DNA from: an uncultured Acidobacteriota bacterium | GTDB taxonomy: Bacteria > Acidobacteriota > UBA6911 | NCBI GenBank assembly: GCA_963809485.1 | Contig: CAWEJX010000004.1 | Coordinates: forward strand, 32,001 to 96,000 | DNA length: 64,000 nucleotides | Reading direction: 5' to 3' | In this document: positions 19,448 through 30,388 of the stretch, piece by piece | Position numbering within the stretch: the stretch's first letter is position 1 | Layout: every line of letters begins with the position of its first letter | The notes under the pieces: model-generated | The model's database searches: none | What the model was told of the DNA's origin: nothing | Seen by the model: the letters and a program-made list of their open reading frames with translations, nothing else | Program-made: the position numbers and the translations under genes

Positions 19448-21057
19448 TTAAAGCGCCGCGGCAAGGTCGCTGGGAATGCGGCTTTCTCTCTTCCCTTCCT
19501 TGAGCAGCTCTTTCAGCTGCCCCCATTTTGGCAGGAACAAAGCGCTATCCATAGTTTTCAGGTTTGGGGAGATACGCGGCTTGAAATCCATCATTCCCAG
19601 AATATTTTTTTCCAGATCGACGCCGGGGGCAATTTCGGTCAGGACCAGTTCGCCGTTTTCCAGTCTGAAAACGCCGCGCTCGGTAACAAAAAGCACCGGA
19701 TAGTTCCTGGAGCTGGCAAAGGCGCCGCTGAACGTAATCTGCGCGACCTTTTCCACGAACTTTTTCCCCGTACCTTCTTTGGCAATGCGCAGTCTGCCGT
19801 TCTCCACCACTTCTGAGGATCCGGTCGTAAACATCCCGCAGAAAACAACCTTCTTGGAATTTTGAGTGATGTTGATGAAGCCGCCCGGGCCGGCCACCTT
19901 GTTGCCAAACCGGCTGACGTTTACATCGCCATGTTGATCCACTTGAGCCAGTCCTACAAAAGTGGCGTCCAGGCCGCCGCCGTCATAATAGTCGAACATG
20001 GAGGCATGCTCGATCATAGCCTCCGCGTTCAGAGCGCCGCCGAAATCAAGCCCATACGACGGGACGCCGCCGAATACGCCCAACTCGGTGGTAATGGTGA
20101 TCCTGTGGCTCATCCCTTCCTCTGCTACCGTACTGGCGATAACCGCAGGAATGCCTACTCCCAGGTTGATCACATTGCCGGGCGTAAGTTCCAATGCCGC
20201 ACGGCGGCCGATGATCTTGCGGGCATCCAGCGGGAGATCGGGGGAATTTTGTTCAGGGGCACTTTGATGTGGCCAGCCAGCGCCGGATTGAAGTAAGTCT
20301 GCTGGGTCTGATGATGGTTTTCCGGCTTGGCAATCACGACATAGTCAATCAAAGTCCCGGGAACTTTGACATTTTTAGGATGAAGTGTATTGGCCATGGC
20401 CAGATTATGGGCTTGAGCGATGACGATGCCGCCGCTGTTTTTGGCGGCCATCGCCAGCGGCAGTGCTTCCATGATGACCGATTCGTTGTCCATCTTCAGG
20501 TTGCCGTTCTCATCGGCGAGTAGTTCCGCGAATCAGAGCGACATTGATGGGAAACGGCTTATAAAGCAAGCATTCCTGACCTTCGACTTCGATGACTTTC
20601 ACCAGATCTTCATTTGGTAATGGAGGTGATCTTGCCGCCGTCGATTCGGGGATCGACAAAGGTGCCCATTCCCACATTAGTGATAACGCCGGATTTTTTT
20701 CCCGCAATGGCTCGCCATAGCTGGCAGATCACACCCTGGGGCAGCAGATAGCACTCGATTTTGTCCTTTTCGATCAGGTTGATCATGTTGGACGGAGGTC
20801 AGATGTGTGTCCGCAGATCAGCCTTTTGGTCAGGCCTTCGTGGCCCAGGTGGGTGGTGCCCTCTTTTCTTATAGTCGCCGCAGGTACAGCTGTGGACCAG
20901 GGTGATATCTTTCGGGTGGCCCGATTCCATGAATCTGTCCTCGATGGCAATGGCAATTTCCTCGGCCCAACCGGCCAATCCCTGCGTGCTGGCGCCTATC
21001 GGTCACGCCGTCCTTAATCAACATGGCCGCCTGTTGAGCAGTAATTATTTTTGACAT
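19448..21057 (-). CDS. Acyl-CoA:acetate/propionate CoA-transferase (YdiF/Pct family), multiply frameshifted
   Basis: Fragments [72 protein letters not shown]. Confidence 0.85.
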
Positions 21058-21373
21058 ATCGTCACGTCTCCCATCCGCTTGAGGTCCTGCCTGGGCCTCG
21101 CGGAATAATAAACCATTCGGCCGCTATCATGTCAGTTGTGATTCAATTCCGTCGGGCAAGCAGGGCGGAATAAACCAGAAAAGCAGCTTATTGAAGCATA
21201 GAAAAATGTATTAAGGCAGCTCCATCTTCAGGATAATTTAACCCTTAAGCTAAACATATTTCTGCATTTAATGTCAAGTTTGCCGGACAGATTTCAGGAA
21301 GCCATCGAGGGCAGACAGATACCCGGGGAACAATCTCGGCAGTTGCATGATTCGGGGAGCAAGACAGGTATGA

Positions 21374-21612
21374 GTCAGGCACCTCCGGCAACGCCGGAGG
21401 CTTGAAAGATTGGAACCGCTCAAAGCGGTTGGAAGAGTTATGCTGGTCTTGAACGCTGACTTACGCGGGCAAAAGCCGATGAAGCGCTTCATCGGCTTTT
21501 GCTCGCCGACCCTCGCCGAACAAATCGGTTTGTCAGCGTACCTCAGCGTTTCAAAATACGGAGCTGTCAAACTCTATGAGTCCCCCGGCAGAGCTGTGGG
21601 TTTACCAATAGA
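21374..21612 (-). mobile_element. Non-autonomous IS200/IS605-like element (both hairpin ends, palindromic cargo)
   Basis: Subterminal hairpins CCTCCGGC-AAC-GCCGGAGG and CCCCCGGCAGAGCTGTGG. On the minus strand it starts after TAAT and ends in TGAC. No transposase inside. Confidence 0.7.
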
Positions 21613-21725
21613 ATTATTAACAGTTGCTGCCAGTACAGGCGTATACACACCACCTGCTACCCTGACCCTGGCGGGCGGTCCGTTTCTCGCGTAGCTGTAA
21701 ATAAAGCAGGATGCCTGGACCTTTT

Positions 21726-22357
21726 TTAAACCACGTCCTCTTCTTCACTCGAATCCTTAGAATTCGACATATAATCGAGCTCCAGATCATCCTGTTGAGT
21801 CATCGTCGTCAATACCGCCGAATACCCGTCCCCCGACGCGCTCACGGATGGGACCTTTCTTGCAACCCATTTCACCGCCCTTGGCTCCGATAATTGGTTT
21901 TCCGCTTCCGGGCAGGCTTCGCATCCGGGCCGAAATTGCGGTTGCGCCTTTCCGCGCGTGCCGTCCGGCCATTTTCCATCGGGTTTGGTGCAAAATCAGG
22001 GCTGCCGAAAGAAGGTCTGGGCTGTAAATAGGGACGCGACGAACTCCCGATGCCGGCGGGTCGCATGGAAAATCCGGGTCTCGATCCAGATCCGGAATCG
22101 GGCCGGCTTTCCCGTGCGCGGGCTTCGTTGATTGTTATGTTGCGTCCTTTGAACGGCTGGTTGTTTAATCGGCGGCTCGCTTCCTCGGCTTGAGCCGGGT
22201 CGCTGAACTCGACAAAAGCAAATCCTCTTCGCTTCCCCGTTTCACGATCCACGGGAATAATCACATTCGAGAGTGGTCCAACGGATGAGAAAAATTCCCT
22301 CAAATCCGTTTCAGTCGTCTCGTAGGGCAGGTTCCCCACAAACAAACGTACAGACAT
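21726..22357 (-). CDS. RRM RNA-binding protein with low-complexity tail (frameshifted near the 3' end)
   Basis: RNP2 LFVGNL, RNP1 RGFAFVEF, INEARARE. Tail continues in other frames to an acidic C-terminus. Confidence 0.85.
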
Positions 22358-22675
22358 TGCTCTCCCTTTTAAAACCCCGAGAATACGCACACAGCGCACG
22401 TACTCTCACCAATAGTTGGTTAAATTTTCATGCGTATTGTTTTGGGGTCATGTTGTTAATTGGCGCTGTAATCCTTTACTCAACCTAGCAGCTTATCGGA
22501 AGTTCCTTTGAGATACTTAACAGCTGCATATGTAATATTTTACACCAAAATGACATTTAAAAAGCAGTCTAAATTCTTTAAATTCGGGGCATCATTTTAA
22601 GCCATTCAGTCTCGTGCCGGGAAAGCCGCTGCAAAGCCACTATGGCTCGGGACGGCAATATCTGCAGCCCTCGTG

Positions 22676-24055
22676 CTATTCCTCCGCAGAGTCGAAATAA
22701 TGGTTGTAATAGATCCTCTGTGCCGGGATTCCGAATCTCTCCCGAGTGCAGTTTGTCAAAAATGGTCCGGGCCGCTCTTCGATCGTCTGCTGCGGGACAA
22801 ATCCAAGCGTCTGGTTCAGCTTGTCAAAAGAGACGCGGTAGTCACGGGCATCAAGATTGGAATTATCCCTGGTAATGGGTATGCCGCCCAGCGAGGTCCC
22901 GATGATTTCGGCGACCTCGTCGATCTGATAATTCTGGCCATCCGAGCCGACATTGAAGACCTGGTTTCCCACATCCTGCAGGTTCGCTTCAAGGCATCGG
23001 ACGTAGACTTCAGCGGCATCCTCCACTCCGAGGAGCGGGCGCCACTGCCGGCCGCCAAAGACCTGGATTTTTCCGTCCACAAACGACTTCATGCTCATCG
23101 TGTTGACGACCAGGTCAAACCGCATGCGATGGCGAGTATCCATACAGAGTTCCCATCCGCAGAATGGTCGGGCTGAAATACTCGTCCCCCATGCCGAGGA
23201 TGATCTTTTCGGACTCGATCTTGGTGCGCGCATAAAGAGAAACCGGATTCAGCGGCGCATTTTCATCGAGCAGGTCTGCGCCTATCCCATACACGCTGCA
23301 GGTGGATGCATATAAAAACCGGTTGATATGGTGCAGTTTGCTGGCGGAAGCCAGCGCCTGGGCAGCCAGCACATTGGTTTCGATCGTTTCCGTCGGTCGG
23401 ACTTTCGATGCAGGATCGCCGACTATGGCGGCCAGCAGGACGACGGCGTCCGTCTCGGAAAGCGAACTCACGCAGGTATGAATGTTGCGCAAATCCCCTT
23501 CGATGATTTCGAGGTTTTCGTCTCCGCGAAAGCGCTCCAGCGACCGGCGGCCGTAGATAAAACTGTCCAGGATTCGCACCCGGAATCCGCGGCGGAGCAG
23601 CTTTTCGCGTCAGCACACTGCCCAGATAGCCCGCTCCCCCCACAACCAGGACGCGCTTGTCCGGCCGGTCGGCGCTGGAATCAAGTTCCGAAAAGCCGTG
23701 TAGCCGGTTAAAATCATCGACTGCCAGAACTTCCACGAATGCGCCCATCTGCCGAAACGACCGGAAGGAACCGCACGCCGTTCAATTCCATGTCGACAAT
23801 CATGCTGTCGGCTTTTTTCCGGTTGCTGAGAGATTCTTCGGTGAGCTTGTAGACATGCTTCATCGGACAGCGCCGACTTCCTCTTCGCCTGCGCTCCGCT
23901 GATCAGCAGGCGGCGAAGATCCGCAATGAAATGCCTGCCCAGGTACACGCCCTTTTCGTCCAACACAAACGCGCGGTCGAACGGGCTTTGCTCGATAAGC
24001 TGTATCGCCTTTGGATCGATGTGCCTCTTTTCAGACAGACAACAGGATATTTCAT
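22676..24055 (-). CDS. NAD-dependent epimerase/dehydratase with N-terminal CBS-like region (frameshifted)
   Basis: VLVVGGAGYLGS, AAIVGDPA, ASTCSVYG, YARTK, RFDLVVN. N-terminal pieces AFVLDEKGVYLG and FLPVVSADGRIREV resemble CBS motifs. Confidence 0.8.
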
Positions 24056-24201
24056 TCCATCCACTCGATTTTAAAACCTTTTACGCGGAGACGCGGAGAG
24101 CGCGAAGTAATAAATCCCGAACTTTGCAGGCTCCTCGCCTCCGCGTGAGATTCCTTGCGCAACCCAATGGAACCTTGCAGCCCGCAACTGTTTTGTCCAT
24201 T

Positions 24202-25115
24202 TCAGGATTGATGCTTAACGAACCACTCAACATACATGCGCATGGCGTCTTCATAATCCAGCGCGGCTTCCCATCCCAGCAGGCGATAAGCCTTTTCCGA
24301 AGAGATGAACCGTCCTTTGAAATTCCCCTTCCGATCCTCGACAAAGGTCAGCTAGGCTTTCTTCCCGAGGATTTCCTCGATTGTTTTCACATATCTGGAT
24401 TACGCTGATTCTTTTCTTGCCGTTGAGATTAAATATCTGGTTTTCCGCAGCCGGATTCAGACAGGCGGCATTGCCGCGCGCAAGATCCTTGACATAGATG
24501 AATTGCCGCGACTGGCTGCCGTCTCCATGGATGGTGATCGGTTCCCCGCGGAGGATCCGTCGGATGAAAATCGGAGTGACGGTTTCCGGGCGCGCACGTT
24601 CGCCGAAAGGAATGCCGTACCGCATGATGGTGTAGTTCACGCCGTAGAGACTCCGGTAATTTTTGCAGAACAGCTCGGCGGCAATCTTGGACGAAGTGTA
24701 GATGTGGTCCGGATTTTCGGTATAGGGCGTGTCCTCGGTAATGTTTTCTTCTCCCGCTTCGGGAAGCGATCCATAGACCCACTCGGTGGACGCCAGGATG
24801 ACACGCGCGACCGCCGTGCGGCGGGCAGCCTCCAGGACCGACAGTGCGGTACCTGCCGTTATGTCGTTGGAAAATAGGGGGCTTTCAAAAAAACGGTTCA
24901 CATTCGCTTCGGCGGCGATCAGATAGACGATGTCGCCCTTTGAAAACCTGGATCATCCGGTCGATGTCCCGCGTATCCCCCCGGACAAATCCGCATTTCT
25001 GGCCGTAATGCGGCGCCTCGAGATCGTAGATCAGTACTTCATGCCCTTGATCGAGCAATACATCCACAACATGAGATCCGATGAATCCGGATCCTCCGGC
25101 AACCACAATTTTCAT
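24202..25115 (-). CDS. NAD-dependent epimerase/dehydratase (GalE-like; frameshifted)
   Basis: MKIVVAGGSGFIGSH, ASTEWVYG, YTSSK, GDGSQSRQFIYVKDLA. Confidence 0.85.
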
Positions 25116-25446
25116 ACGGAAATACCGAAAGCTCCTCTCATACACGAACAGCCAGGGGTGTCCTGCGCTTCGGCAAAATGCAATTCCATTTCCCGGCTGC
25201 AGCATTAGCTTCGTCATTACCGGGAGGCAGGTCAAGCTATTTCGGCGATCAGCCTCTCAGCAGGGATTTGGCCGGCAGGCAGCATTTTCATGCATTCAAT
25301 GAAAATCCGGCAAAAAAAAGAGCTTGACCACGAACCACACGAATTACACTAATATCTCCTTGCGGTAAAGCTCGGGCATGGACACAAGCCCGGCACATTG
25401 CTGTCGTGCAATTCGTTACAGTCCTTGAAATCAGGAGAAACAGCCG

Positions 25447-25737
25447 ATGATTCGAGTATCCGTTATGTACCCTCAAGGCGGGAAGTTTGATTTTGACTAT
25501 TATGTGAACAAACACATGCAACTGGTGCACAAGCTGCTCGATCCTTTCGGCCTGATTGGAACTGAGGTCGACAAAGGCGCCGGCGACGCCCCGTTCATGG
25601 CCATGGGGCATCTGGTATTCAAAACAATGGAGGATATGCAGAAGGCCCTTCAGGCGCACGATCCGGAACTGGCAGCGGACGTGGTCAATTTTACCGATGT
25701 AAAGCCGCAGTTCCAGGTCAGCGAAATCATCGCCTGA
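25447..25737 (+). CDS. EthD family protein
   Basis: MIRVSVMYP, FDFDYYVNKHM, DVVNFTDVKP. AGGAG RBS. Confidence 0.88.
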   Translation: MIRVSVMYPQGGKFDFDYYVNKHMQLVHKLLDPFGLIGTEVDKGAGDAPFMAMGHLVFKTMEDMQKALQAHDPELAADVVNFTDVKPQFQVSEIIA

Positions 25738-25803
25738 TCCTCGAGCCTTCGAGGCCTGGCGATTGACCCTATTTGGATTCAGAGTCCCGGAAGCTGGTTT
25801 TTT

Positions 25804-27777
25804 TCAGCGCGGAGGGATGCTTATGCGTTTCGAGCTGTGGTCCCTCCCCAGGAAATAATTAACCCAGGCCGAAGTTTGCCAGAGTTCCCAGTCACACGGG
25901 GGGATAATGTAACTGCCGATCTCGTCCTGCTTGTTTTGGGACTTCAGACGCAGGTAGGCGCGCACCCAGATACACAGTTTTTCCTTGGGATATACTTCGC
26001 ACCAGCCCTCGAAGCTTCCCCCGCAGGGAGCGTTTCGCTGGTCCTTGGGGCATTGGGACACCGGGCAGAGGTATGCCGCATCGAACAGAGCGCAATCCCC
26101 GCAGTCTCTGCAACGATAAAGGGCAACTTTGATCATGTGCTCAACAAAGTGAAATACCCTGTATAGCGGCTGCGACGACTGAATGAGTTGCATCAATCCG
26201 CGCAAGGGCCTGAAAAGCGGGCTTTCAGGGTTGAAAACAACCTTGTGAAACGCGTGGGAAAGAAGAAAATTCGCAGGGCGGCAAGACTTTTGAGGTTTGA
26301 CCGCCGGCCCAGGCTTATTCAGCCCCATCGAATCGGGCTGGAAAAAATAAAATCCTTTTTCCTGCGGGAAGTCGAATTCCGGGAGCAGGCTGGACCAATC
26401 GCCCGCAAGTTCGTTGCCTTTGCTGATGATGTACTCCACGCTCTCAAACGGCAGCCCCTGGCCGCTGATATAGGTCCCTTTGTACCCCATGCCCTTGACT
26501 ACCGCAAACATTTTGGCCGCCCGGTCCAGGCGCGCCTGCTTGCCTTTGTCCGCGCTTTCAAATTCGGTGGCTATGCGTTCGAGAAGCTTGCGGGTCACCA
26601 CGCAGCCGGGAATATTGTTGGCGTGCATCGCCTGGGCAACCGGGTATGAAAGCACATAAATGCTGGCCATGGCCGGAATCCCGTAGCCATGGTTTCTCAG
26701 CCACAGTTGAAACTCGTGCAATTTGCGGGCGTCATAGCCGACCTGAGTGATGACGAAATCCGCCCCGGCGGCGATTTTCTTTTTCATTTTGTAATATTGC
26801 CCCATCACCTCGGCCTCCATCTGCTTGAAAGGTGAAAAGGCAACGCCAGCAAAAAAGTCGGTGGGCGCCAGCCGGGTGCGTTTCCGCAGTATTTCCCGCT
26901 CCATTCCATTGTTCATTTCCGCAACCAGCCTGAGACCATTAACAGAGTCCAGGTCAAAAACCGGCTTGGACTTCCCGGTGAAGCCGAGGCTGGAGGGATA
27001 ATCTCCGGTCAGTATGAGCACGTTGTTGATATCGAGCGCCGCAAGCTGGAAGAGCAGGCTTTCGGCCTGATTTCGGCTCCTGTCCCTGAAGGCAATGTGC
27101 ACCAGGGGCTCGATGCCTGTCTTCCTGATTTCGGCGCACAGGATGTCGGTGGCAATGGCCGGATTGCCCCCCGGATTGTCCGTGATGCTTATGGCGCAGA
27201 CCTTTTCACTCCTGGCAGCTTTCCGCGCATTTTCCAGAACGGTTTCCTGGCGTGTTTCAAAGGCGCCGGGCCCCGGGATCTGTTCCCAGACCAGGCAGAA
27301 CCTATCCGGGTTCAGCATAGCCCGTTTCAGCCGATTCTCCCTTTCACGCAGTTTTCGGGCGATGGTCTTCGATAATTCGGGAAGCAGGTTTTCGGCGGCG
27401 AGGAACGTTCCTGCGGTTCCTGCCAAAAAGGTGAAATCCCCGACGCCCATCGTCAGGTTTTCATCGCCCAATATCCGGAAAGCACTTCCTGAAGGATCCG
27501 ATTCAACTATGAGCAGGGAAGCATGGTGGGAAATCCAGCCTTCGCGCAGGTCCCCGTATAGCTTCTGAACGGACTGCGGCGTGTCCAGGTCGCCAATAAT
27601 GATTATGTCAGGCCGGCCTCCCCTGATTTTGTCGAGTCCCTCGGCCTCGCTGGATGCATAGTCGACGTTTACGGCCTCTCCGGCAGCTTTTCGGGCTATT
27701 TCGGCTAAATTCGGATTCCGGCTAATTACGAGCAGTTTTTTTTGTGGACTGGCCGTTTTCATAATAGACGGAGACAT
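25804..27777 (-). CDS. Methylenetetrahydrofolate reductase (MetF) with N-terminal receiver-like and C-terminal MetV-like Cys-rich domains
   Basis: ITDNPGG, HIAFRDRSRN, LTGDYP, FDLDSV, GADFVITQVGYD. C-terminal CRDCGDC, CPVSQCPKDQRNAPCGGS, CEV, CIW. Confidence 0.88.
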   Translation of the reverse strand: MSPSIMKTASPQKKLLVISRNPNLAEIARKAAGEAVNVDYASSEAEGLDKIRGGRPDIIIIGDLDTPQSVQKLYGDLREGWISHHASLLIVESDPSGSAFRILGDENLTMGVGDFTFLAGTAGTFLAAENLLPELSKTIARKLRERENRLKRAMLNPDRFCLVWEQIPGPGAFETRQETVLENARKAARSEKVCAISITDNPGGNPAIATDILCAEIRKTGIEPLVHIAFRDRSRNQAESLLFQLAALDINNVLILTGDYPSSLGFTGKSKPVFDLDSVNGLRLVAEMNNGMEREILRKRTRLAPTDFFAGVAFSPFKQMEAEVMGQYYKMKKKIAAGADFVITQVGYDARKLHEFQLWLRNHGYGIPAMASIYVLSYPVAQAMHANNIPGCVVTRKLLERIATEFESADKGKQARLDRAAKMFAVVKGMGYKGTYISGQGLPFESVEYIISKGNELAGDWSSLLPEFDFPQEKGFYFFQPDSMGLNKPGPAVKPQKSCRPANFLLSHAFHKVVFNPESPLFRPLRGLMQLIQSSQPLYRVFHFVEHMIKVALYRCRDCGDCALFDAAYLCPVSQCPKDQRNAPCGGSFEGWCEVYPKEKLCIWVRAYLRLKSQNKQDEIGSYIIPPCDWELWQTSAWVNYFLGRDHSSKRISIPPR

Positions 27778-27795
27778 TCACAAGTGTTCCGGTGA

Positions 27796-28443
27796 TTATC
27801 GGGGGACACTGGTGGCTGTCCCCTTTTGCGGTTCACCCTTTTGCGGTTCATAGACGAAGAGAAATTCGATCAAACCGTTTCGAAGCCTGAAGGAATTGGC
27901 AACCTGGAATTGGTGCATGACCGCCGAGAGCGCTCGAGGCTGATGCCTCGGACAGGGTCGCATCGCAGGACCGCCGTACTCATACCCAAGATGCGTTGCG
28001 TCAATAATCCGATAGACGGTTATTTCTTCGGGCATTTTCGGAAGATCAAATATGAGCGAATAAAGCAAGGTTCCGGGCTTGCAGAAGCGGCCCACATAAC
28101 CTATCAGGCTGGCAACGGCCGGAAGCTCCAAATAGTTCAGCAGGTCCCAGGCGAGAATGACATCGAAGCGGCGGCCTTCAGGCAAATGGAGCAGCCGTTC
28201 CCATTCGGGATCCGGAAACGTCTCACCCTCCGCCGGTTCTGCCGGCGGCGGCAAAGGCAAGCTTGAGTGCAGGTCCGCCACATAAATGGAACCGCTGAAT
28301 TGGGACCAGAACTCGATGTTGCCTCCACGCGCCGGTCCAAGTTCGAGGATATCGCAGACCTCGGCGCCTTCGAGCCTCAGGCACAGAGCGTTCAAACCGA
28401 GAGTACTCTGAACAACCGGCTCGGATGGAGGTCTGCTTTTCAT
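27796..28443 (-). CDS. Class I SAM-dependent methyltransferase-like protein
   Basis: ILELGPARG, FDVILAWDLLNYL, KPGT. Confidence 0.75.
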   Translation of the reverse strand: MKSRPPSEPVVQSTLGLNALCLRLEGAEVCDILELGPARGGNIEFWSQFSGSIYVADLHSSLPLPPPAEPAEGETFPDPEWERLLHLPEGRRFDVILAWDLLNYLELPAVASLIGYVGRFCKPGTLLYSLIFDLPKMPEEITVYRIIDATHLGYEYGGPAMRPCPRHQPRALSAVMHQFQVANSFRLRNGLIEFLFVYEPQKGEPQKGTATSVPR

Positions 28444-28458
28444 TCTGCTCCAGCTTCG

Positions 28459-28932
28459 CTACAAAATTTTTGTTCCCATCAAGGGTTTTTCCGGAACCAC
28501 CGTTGAGGGTTTCTCCTTGGGGCTCATGTCGATGCTGCCTCTGAAATTGGAGCCGTCCTCCAAGGCAACTCTGGGAGCAACAATGTTTCCCTGGACGTTG
28601 CCGGTCTGGCGAACAGTCAATTGCTCCTCTCCAAAGAGATTCCCCTCGACCGTACCTTCTATGGTGATGACTTTCCCATAGATGTCGGCCTTGATGCGCC
28701 CGTTCTTGCCGATCGTGACGCTGTGGTGCCGCAACTCGATCTTGCCGTCCACCTGCCCTTCGATCAGGATATCCTCTTCCCCTGTCAGATTCCCCTTAAT
28801 GAAAATCGTGGGGCCAATCACGGCTCGCTCTCTCGTCTGGGGAACCGGATTGCGGGGCGCCGGGGCAGTTTGAGCCTGAGATGCAGGCGCCGGTTGAGGT
28901 CTGGCAGCCTCTGGTTCCGATTTCTTCCACAT
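28459..28932 (-). CDS. Bactofilin (polymer-forming cytoskeletal protein)
   Basis: IKGNLTGEEDILIEGQVDGKI, VTIGKNG, GNIVAPRVALEDGSNFRGSIDM. Confidence 0.92.
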   Translation of the reverse strand: MWKKSEPEAARPQPAPASQAQTAPAPRNPVPQTRERAVIGPTIFIKGNLTGEEDILIEGQVDGKIELRHHSVTIGKNGRIKADIYGKVITIEGTVEGNLFGEEQLTVRQTGNVQGNIVAPRVALEDGSNFRGSIDMSPKEKPSTVVPEKPLMGTKIL

Positions 28933-29026
28933 TCCACATCGCTCCTTTCCTTGAAGCCATGAGGACCGGCTCCCGCCTCGCGGCGAACCTTAAAAGAGGC
29001 AGGAGGCCGGTTGTCCCTGGTTTTCC

Positions 29027-30388
29027 CTATTTTCTGTAAACTCCGTATTCTTTCACTGCCGCCACCATTGCCCGAAGGTTCTCCAGCTTCGGATTGTCGG
29101 CTACACATCCGGCGGCAAGAATATATCCACCCCCTTTGCCGCAGGTTTCAATCAGTTTACGGCAGCGCTCTCTGACATCCACGGCGGATCCGGTCACCAT
29201 CAGTGAGGAAGGCACATTCCCCTGAATACAGAACTTGTCGCCCAGTACCTTTTTTGCCTTGGCCATGTCGGTTTGATCAAACCACCAGACCACGGTTCCT
29301 TTGGGAAAATCCTTGACCGTTTCCAGACGGGTTTCGTACCCGCCCTCGGCAAACATCAGGCATATGATTCCCTCGTTGATGAGAGCATCCATCACCTTTT
29401 TCAGAGACGGCCAGTAAAAGGTGTTAAATTGCTTTTCAGACATCCAGCCGTCGGCGCCCTTGTGCAGCGGGAAAATCACCGTGACGGCTCTGTTGATGAC
29501 GGGATGGTGCAGGATGGAGTAAATGATCAATTCCGTCATCACATCGAGGGCCTTCAGCAGCTTGTCGGGACGGCGGAACATATCCATCATGATGCCCTTG
29601 GTCCCCCGCAATGTATCGCCGATGGCATCAAACGGGGCGACATTGAGCAGACCCATGGTCGACGGGAAACCGTGCGCCGGGCCAAAGCCCATCAGCTTTT
29701 TGCTGATTTCGTTCCTTTTTTGGAGGTCTTTCCCGGCATCGATCATCCGTTGCAGCGATTCCTGCACCTGAGGCAGAGCGAGCGCCATAATTTGGCCCGT
29801 GGGGATCTCAATAATATCAGTCAGCGGAGAAATCATTCGGAAACTCTCGAAAGACCCGAAAATTCTGGGCAAATACGTCCGCAGCCAATAGTCGGAAGGA
29901 TCGCGAACGAGATCGTCGTATTCCTCCACTTTCATGTATTCGCCTTCGACAAACTGGTATTCGGGAGCATCGATACTCAGGCCGTGGCCGGGCCAGGCAT
30001 ACAGTTTGTAGTCGAGCAACTCCAGAGCCTTTCCCGGCGCAACCATAGGCACGGCGAAATACTCCAGTTCTTCCGAATACTTTTTGTTGAACGCGTTGCA
30101 GGCTTCGATCCCCTTCTCGATATTGTACATGGCTTCATGCGTGCTCACGCCGTGAAGTATGAGGGGCAGGTGCCCGACCGGCAGGCTGATGGGAACCCGG
30201 TCGGGTTCCTTCACATTGAAAACATCCACAGTCCTTTGAGCCCTTATCTTGTAAGCGTTGGCTGCATCTGCGCTGACAAATTTGATGTCGGTCGGATTAA
30301 GGAAACGATTAAGCCGATATTCCCTTTTTTGCGCGGGCGTAAGTTGGGTCCAGTTCTCAGGCAAACCGGACTGCATTTTATCCGTCAT
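29027..30388 (-). CDS. Uroporphyrinogen decarboxylase / MtaA-CmuA family protein
   Basis: EPDRVP, APFDAIGDTLRG, MDMFRRPD, LHKGADGWMS, CIQGNVP, GGGYIL. Confidence 0.88.
   Translation of the reverse strand: MTDKMQSGLPENWTQLTPAQKREYRLNRFLNPTDIKFVSADAANAYKIRAQRTVDVFNVKEPDRVPISLPVGHLPLILHGVSTHEAMYNIEKGIEACNAFNKKYSEELEYFAVPMVAPGKALELLDYKLYAWPGHGLSIDAPEYQFVEGEYMKVEEYDDLVRDPSDYWLRTYLPRIFGSFESFRMISPLTDIIEIPTGQIMALALPQVQESLQRMIDAGKDLQKRNEISKKLMGFGPAHGFPSTMGLLNVAPFDAIGDTLRGTKGIMMDMFRRPDKLLKALDVMTELIIYSILHHPVINRAVTVIFPLHKGADGWMSEKQFNTFYWPSLKKVMDALINEGIICLMFAEGGYETRLETVKDFPKGTVVWWFDQTDMAKAKKVLGDKFCIQGNVPSSLMVTGSAVDVRERCRKLIETCGKGGGYILAAGCVADNPKLENLRAMVAAVKEYGVYRK

Noticed and set aside
19448-25115. Cluster of frameshifted genes as real pseudogenes or programmed frameshifts (also 10780, 11730 and 35270-36720)
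   Set aside because: Single-base indels are regionally clustered, hit unrelated genes and leave conserved motifs otherwise intact. Long-read consensus error is the simpler explanation; reads are needed to decide.
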